Source: a virus
Lineage: Duplodnaviria; Caudoviricetes
Strand: one strand, 5' to 3'
Length of the DNA: 57,636 nucleotides
IMG/VR virus record: IMGVR_UViG_3300030104_002283
Location: 1 to 57,636 of that record
The translations under genes were made by a program, and so were the position numbers. Shown in pieces: positions 56,501 to 57,636 of the stretch (positions within the stretch are counted from its first letter, which is position 1; each line of letters begins with the position of its first letter). The notes beneath the pieces are model-generated. The model worked only from the letters and a program-made list of their open reading frames with translations. It was not told the origin of the DNA and did not search any database.

Positions 56501-56725
56501 TGATTCGAGTAAATCAGTAATGCCAAATTGGGTTTGAGGTTCGATTTGGGGTTGGGTTTGGGGTTGGGTTTGGGATTGAGATTGGGGTAATGTAATGGAA
56601 TCTTTAGAAAATTTTATAGGTTCAACATTATTATAATATTGTTCCCATTTTTTAATATCTTCATCTGTTGCATTATCAGGCAACTCATGGGTAATATTAT
56701 CATTTGTTGTAATATATTTAGGCAT
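47564..56725 (-). CDS. Giant polyvalent virion/ejection protein (metallopeptidase, ART-like, zeta-toxin-like kinase, LPD38-like)
   Basis: 3053 aa; HESWH; VYRG...TTT...A..FG...EQE; IIGPPATGKST...VDAD..K..MPEY; C-terminal NF.R.G, PKPFE.G, ENLVRGYTG..G. Confidence 0.75.
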   Translation of the reverse strand: MPKYITTNDNITHELPDNATDEDIKKWEQYYNNVEPIKFSKDSITLPQSQSQTQPQTQPQIEPQTQFGITDLLESDDVSAGDKLAALSALGVGDFSPMPGLNTSAITQGLENIKYVATDLIPSIYKRATQGPQRKFTEEEKEASPSFFGEETGVTDTITESGAQKFFGEIAFQKEKIRNEELIVKIKKELQEINNKVNKTKEDRERIDYLQQIIYGRKYDGVDISTITPYTLGNKTDKDTKIDLERISKIGEEEYRNREYGGITDGGLYGTYPMDFIYDGKRIPPFGLLRSQEIANEEIASAISKQQNVKTSETFKAFAEAESTEEAVDILLSDFTGIVKQTVASSLVPMGISLSAGVGTSMLTRSYTAGSIATGIASGSVDTVYSATEFLRKNGVDINDEKAVVAFLNEDDNRKRLRQYVIKRGVFIGAFDAAAFKLAPKVIAPSRGTIFAKDTIKDNASRHLINSLVQAPLQGTLGGAGEYFAQLSTLEEGEQIRIGDVALEVVGEFGFSVVEVPVAQLTSAYTTNKSKRQKELYEDRIRAVKDYRDKLNGLPVEDPYRKEIEAKIKKEFQRIQQLNPDANPAQISIEAQRLVFEQEENFKNYTGFTPAVLEADQILQDNNFNIVRIIEKNSGVESNNYFKSRFDKQGNILPDENGDFVITDLNENEVARYKDQQYAVDVLTELQKRSNMIAEIQWSQEKAIEQNVDADNNLILDFVDNINNSYLLDIHIDDLKTLNISEETLTEIKEIQKFNPLVNANTLKEFLTPTEFNKVLKYQTEQNNFSEVKQKSFSKKTFNSLLKDLNIIDTVDSNAFKYVANRLVAETDINKMGLPQKRLLYSFFNRLPKANTETKLLDLSATAYNINDYSIALEGLEKIDVGKKVSIKNIQDSTGLNKKAAENLRQTFVTAGYLDNDFKFTGTSNRKYNFDGSLRPLVETSLNEAIETVQQEIIKLSDKLNLPETKLKFTTFLDRVKNRDNINFSQADGVFDRAANEILLSLDKADLNVLSEKNGAKKFLQNISQTLGHESWHALRQADLFTAQEINALENFAKTKIRKDGKTYYEEALDRYEGKPGYTSEFDFVDEAIAFMFEDYINNPKKITGRPRNALQKTSNFFKGLANAVFKTKYKSAGDILEAAVTGEIAARPRGTIRTTQELQQLQQSTPLNIKPKPPVSDEPSLAFSLTEQQIENKLEEQIGNTRPFETDRKFREWSPVIDTNIQNIVLDVYKRQVNNATNPLIKLDGFQKTLTNIIKDKNNKLRETSNFNDINYNNLDFKIAKSSQLLFATTQEYLQANNITPNSKATFAEYKFRKLSDSDYYVGFAIGETDVAKGMDTLTVYNNINDASKRIESPFITQQKYQKYIGNNVGPNKQNEYDQYITPVLFKPQAILLNPLLLGSNFIFSQKPEYITGDGSSITQKLNNIFGDNELSERHKTLVLENTNNPNLLVKSNDNKKTVSTSFVEDPPELGNLKYSLRETNGRLIDDVKATLEEQSGAPTLEGYFRNLYGTVASIPPPIKEFLKDGRGEGSEYIAPLMTLGAKAFVKQLTGNRKNQGLFHYGFGFPNLSVVQAQEISDGIDFVTQESIKLFPEEIVVYRGSRIDDSYQLIPTTTNKFIAESFGQNLLRRNERIEELYYKRKQDGTIEPNVTLEEFGRQLLRAEGRPEDIAKYGYNVKKYLLPKEAIAVNMNALYRGESMLGDANNLYADRYNYIREQELLIPTNFLIDDYGDTTGKQVLTTHLQDVNKIQRDRIIIQGDTQTITSGNFNVPQEQIKTLTRQELLDAKADLILLANEPQYQNDNINADDMYALVNHPAMLAMQNEALAIPDVYDNLTEAQRNKRMNEMIPELTDIATEYAKGNLKYDKKAVIIIGPPATGKSTFAENIAARKGYAIVDADDAKKQMPEYKNGIGANATHKFSKYIAAEIQKQFIEEGANIIIPKVAGKTNNRRQPDISKIKYIMQDLQSRGYKVDIVYPDANINQAIVRAITRFGETGRFVSVDYLVSIDNKVKDSYNALKDYVKRTATPNVGFTYINNTKKLGEEIVEEDTAQLFQDDRIVDRNRSRSRRGSSEEQPELSEQDKENIQTAKEQEQNSIAAGLIPVINTNASPSAVSAAIEAQKEIKNSTSETNADVDSIINDIPNDIKLKYSFNKNKNPLNQNAEELIENLTVRDDTIESKTIGQLVLEGFKPIDATKEFGMKVREQIADRYGRLALTDVKAGKKNKYGDQMLLASMSAGAALYFSDRSGDIFMQSFIRGFPRYDKDKGYTYVTDISQIDGKPVLPFADIFAPAYKNPNLLWAFQAVQRVKRETRFNKEGRKVKVTAADRKKAKQVLQDYPEVQTMIDEYNRTNEHTVQFLVDTGVLDAKTAETWLANSDYIPFYRPLEGMEGFKGPKIFQGLSITPFQKAKGSETKDIVDPITGITNNLRAAINLGMKNVAANRVMRNLIDLEVAKQVKGNVKGPDVITIRVKGKNTNFKIDDPMLYYSMNVMSEADYAPMNLLMNIARGTKRFVSDLITRAPAFWIAQILRDSLSAYTLSGANYIPVISSVAETFRIAKGMITGRLPEEFVKLKNAGIITGYDKGIREIDSTQSLIDGYYKNAFKSERPTAEKIYMFPIDLVTGLWDILGQGTAITDAATRVAVYKDTLKRTGNEAEAIYQALEVLNFTRRGNNKAFQTYQQMTMFLNPRLQGLDVFYRGLTGRYGIGRGLSPSKRTKSVWLRLATIMAMMPGYYFLVRDSEEYEEAPDEIKDNYLIIPGSKKITGGFPLVIPKPFEVGLISMTVPERLTSYFADDVAGEDVAKRIKKMTRHTFSLTLPTAVDPLVENFANYDLFTGRQIVPDYLKGTDDAGYRPQTDTLSKVIGDELNISPLYVENLVRGYTGTLGSYLMIATDSVLREGLTDAERVKFGVDQLPVIGRFLLPKEGSNYENQFYNLKKDVDDTINTFRVIEDNIEKRDKFAKGLTDEYKIEYMRDLKRLQKELQKVADELKEFRTAEASIINSSTLSSEEKRIRLDSIAEQKNDYLRAEQIMRRRKEYLQGLGDKAVVR

Positions 56726-57611
56726 TTAAAAGTTTAATTGTGTCATTAAAATTTTGAACTGATTGACCAACTACTCCACCGGAATAATAACCTTGTTCAA
56801 AACCTAAATAACCTTGGTATAACTCATCAGTCTTTGCTTGTATTGCTTGTATTTTATATTTTTTTCTATTTTCGTCAGTATCTTCTAAATTATTATCTAT
56901 TAAATAATTAGTTAAATCTGAAAAACTAAAATCTTTTGCAGCAAGATTATATAATGATTTTCTAAAAGCTGATTCTGTATCTTTTGGAGAAGCTTTTGTT
57001 ATACTATTTCTTAATAAAACTTTATCTTCATCAGATAAGTCTGGATTTTTTTCTATATATTCTAATATTTTTATTTGTGAAGGTTTATTTACTCCTTTCA
57101 TATAGTCTGCACTATCTTTTTTACTTAATATATTTGTTCGTTTTTCTAATGTGTCTCCTAATCGTTTAACATCAAGAGAAGATTTTTTAAGTTCTAGTTC
57201 TGTTAATTTATCTTTTTTTGCAGATATAGATTTATTAGTTGCATCTAAGCTACTTATAGTTTTTTCTAAACTTTCTCCTAATTCTTTTGGTGTAGCTGAT
57301 GTAGCTACTCCAATACCTGCTCTTAAAAGAGCCATACCTTGTCCAAACTCTCTTTCCTCTCTTATTCTTTCAGGTTGTTCTGCCATTAATTGTTCATAAA
57401 GAGATTGTTCTTTTTCTTCTAATGATGCTAGTTTTTTTAAATAATCTTCATATTCTTTATCGTACTGATTGGGTACTCCCATTCCAACATTCATACCTAC
57501 AACTCCGCCACCATACATAGGCATAACATCAGGACCAGCAGACATAGCCGGTGGTATTGGTGCTCCTTGTGGTTGAGCTGGTAGTAATCCTGCTATGCCG
57601 CTGTCCTGCAC
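56718..57611 (-). CDS. C-terminal part of the junction-spanning virion/ejection protein
   Basis: In frame with 1..237 across the terminal overlap. Confidence 0.8.
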   Translation of the reverse strand: MQDSGIAGLLPAQPQGAPIPPAMSAGPDVMPMYGGGVVGMNVGMGVPNQYDKEYEDYLKKLASLEEKEQSLYEQLMAEQPERIREEREFGQGMALLRAGIGVATSATPKELGESLEKTISSLDATNKSISAKKDKLTELELKKSSLDVKRLGDTLEKRTNILSKKDSADYMKGVNKPSQIKILEYIEKNPDLSDEDKVLLRNSITKASPKDTESAFRKSLYNLAAKDFSFSDLTNYLIDNNLEDTDENRKKYKIQAIQAKTDELYQGYLGFEQGYYSGGVVGQSVQNFNDTIKLLNA

Positions 57612-57636
57612 AGGGGGTTGTGTTTGATTGATGCCC
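57609..57636. repeat. Terminal overlap with 1-28
   Basis: 27/28 identity to the first 28 nt. Confidence 0.92.

Noticed and set aside
56528-56588. G-tract repeats as a second G-quadruplex
   Set aside because: Explained by the QPQT coding repeat on the minus strand

Overview
The window is an essentially complete, AT-rich, circularly permuted tailed dsDNA phage genome of about 57.6 kb. The first and last 28 nt overlap, and one ORF runs in frame across the junction. It is podovirus-like: no tape measure or sheath gene is recognisable, and neither is an integrase or DNA polymerase. The minus strand carries the late module: TerS, a LexA-like HTH, TerL, portal, GroES, scaffold, Mu-gpT-like major capsid, a cluster of very basic small proteins, adaptor/tail proteins and an S74 tail fibre. 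It continues with lysis genes flanking a CsgF-CsgG-curlin-like-FecR-CHASE2/adenylate cyclase cassette, ejection proteins and a 3053-aa polyvalent protein. The plus strand carries early and recombination genes: an AAA ATPase/DUF3150-like/DUF2201 triad, an ART-fold protein, an Arc-like protein, an exonuclease, a Sak-like annealing protein and SSB. A primase-helicase lies on the minus strand. The most striking signal is outside the ORF track. A sigma70-type promoter at 32256-32284 leads into a roughly 480-nt, GC-enriched, ORF-free RNA with nested pairings. Four hammerhead ribozymes with non-canonical cores follow (32770, 33235, 33527, 34392), each upstream of an early-gene RBS. A palindromic TATTAA-N4-TTAATA site occurs at least 10 times. 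All family assignments come from motif recognition by eye, not database searches.
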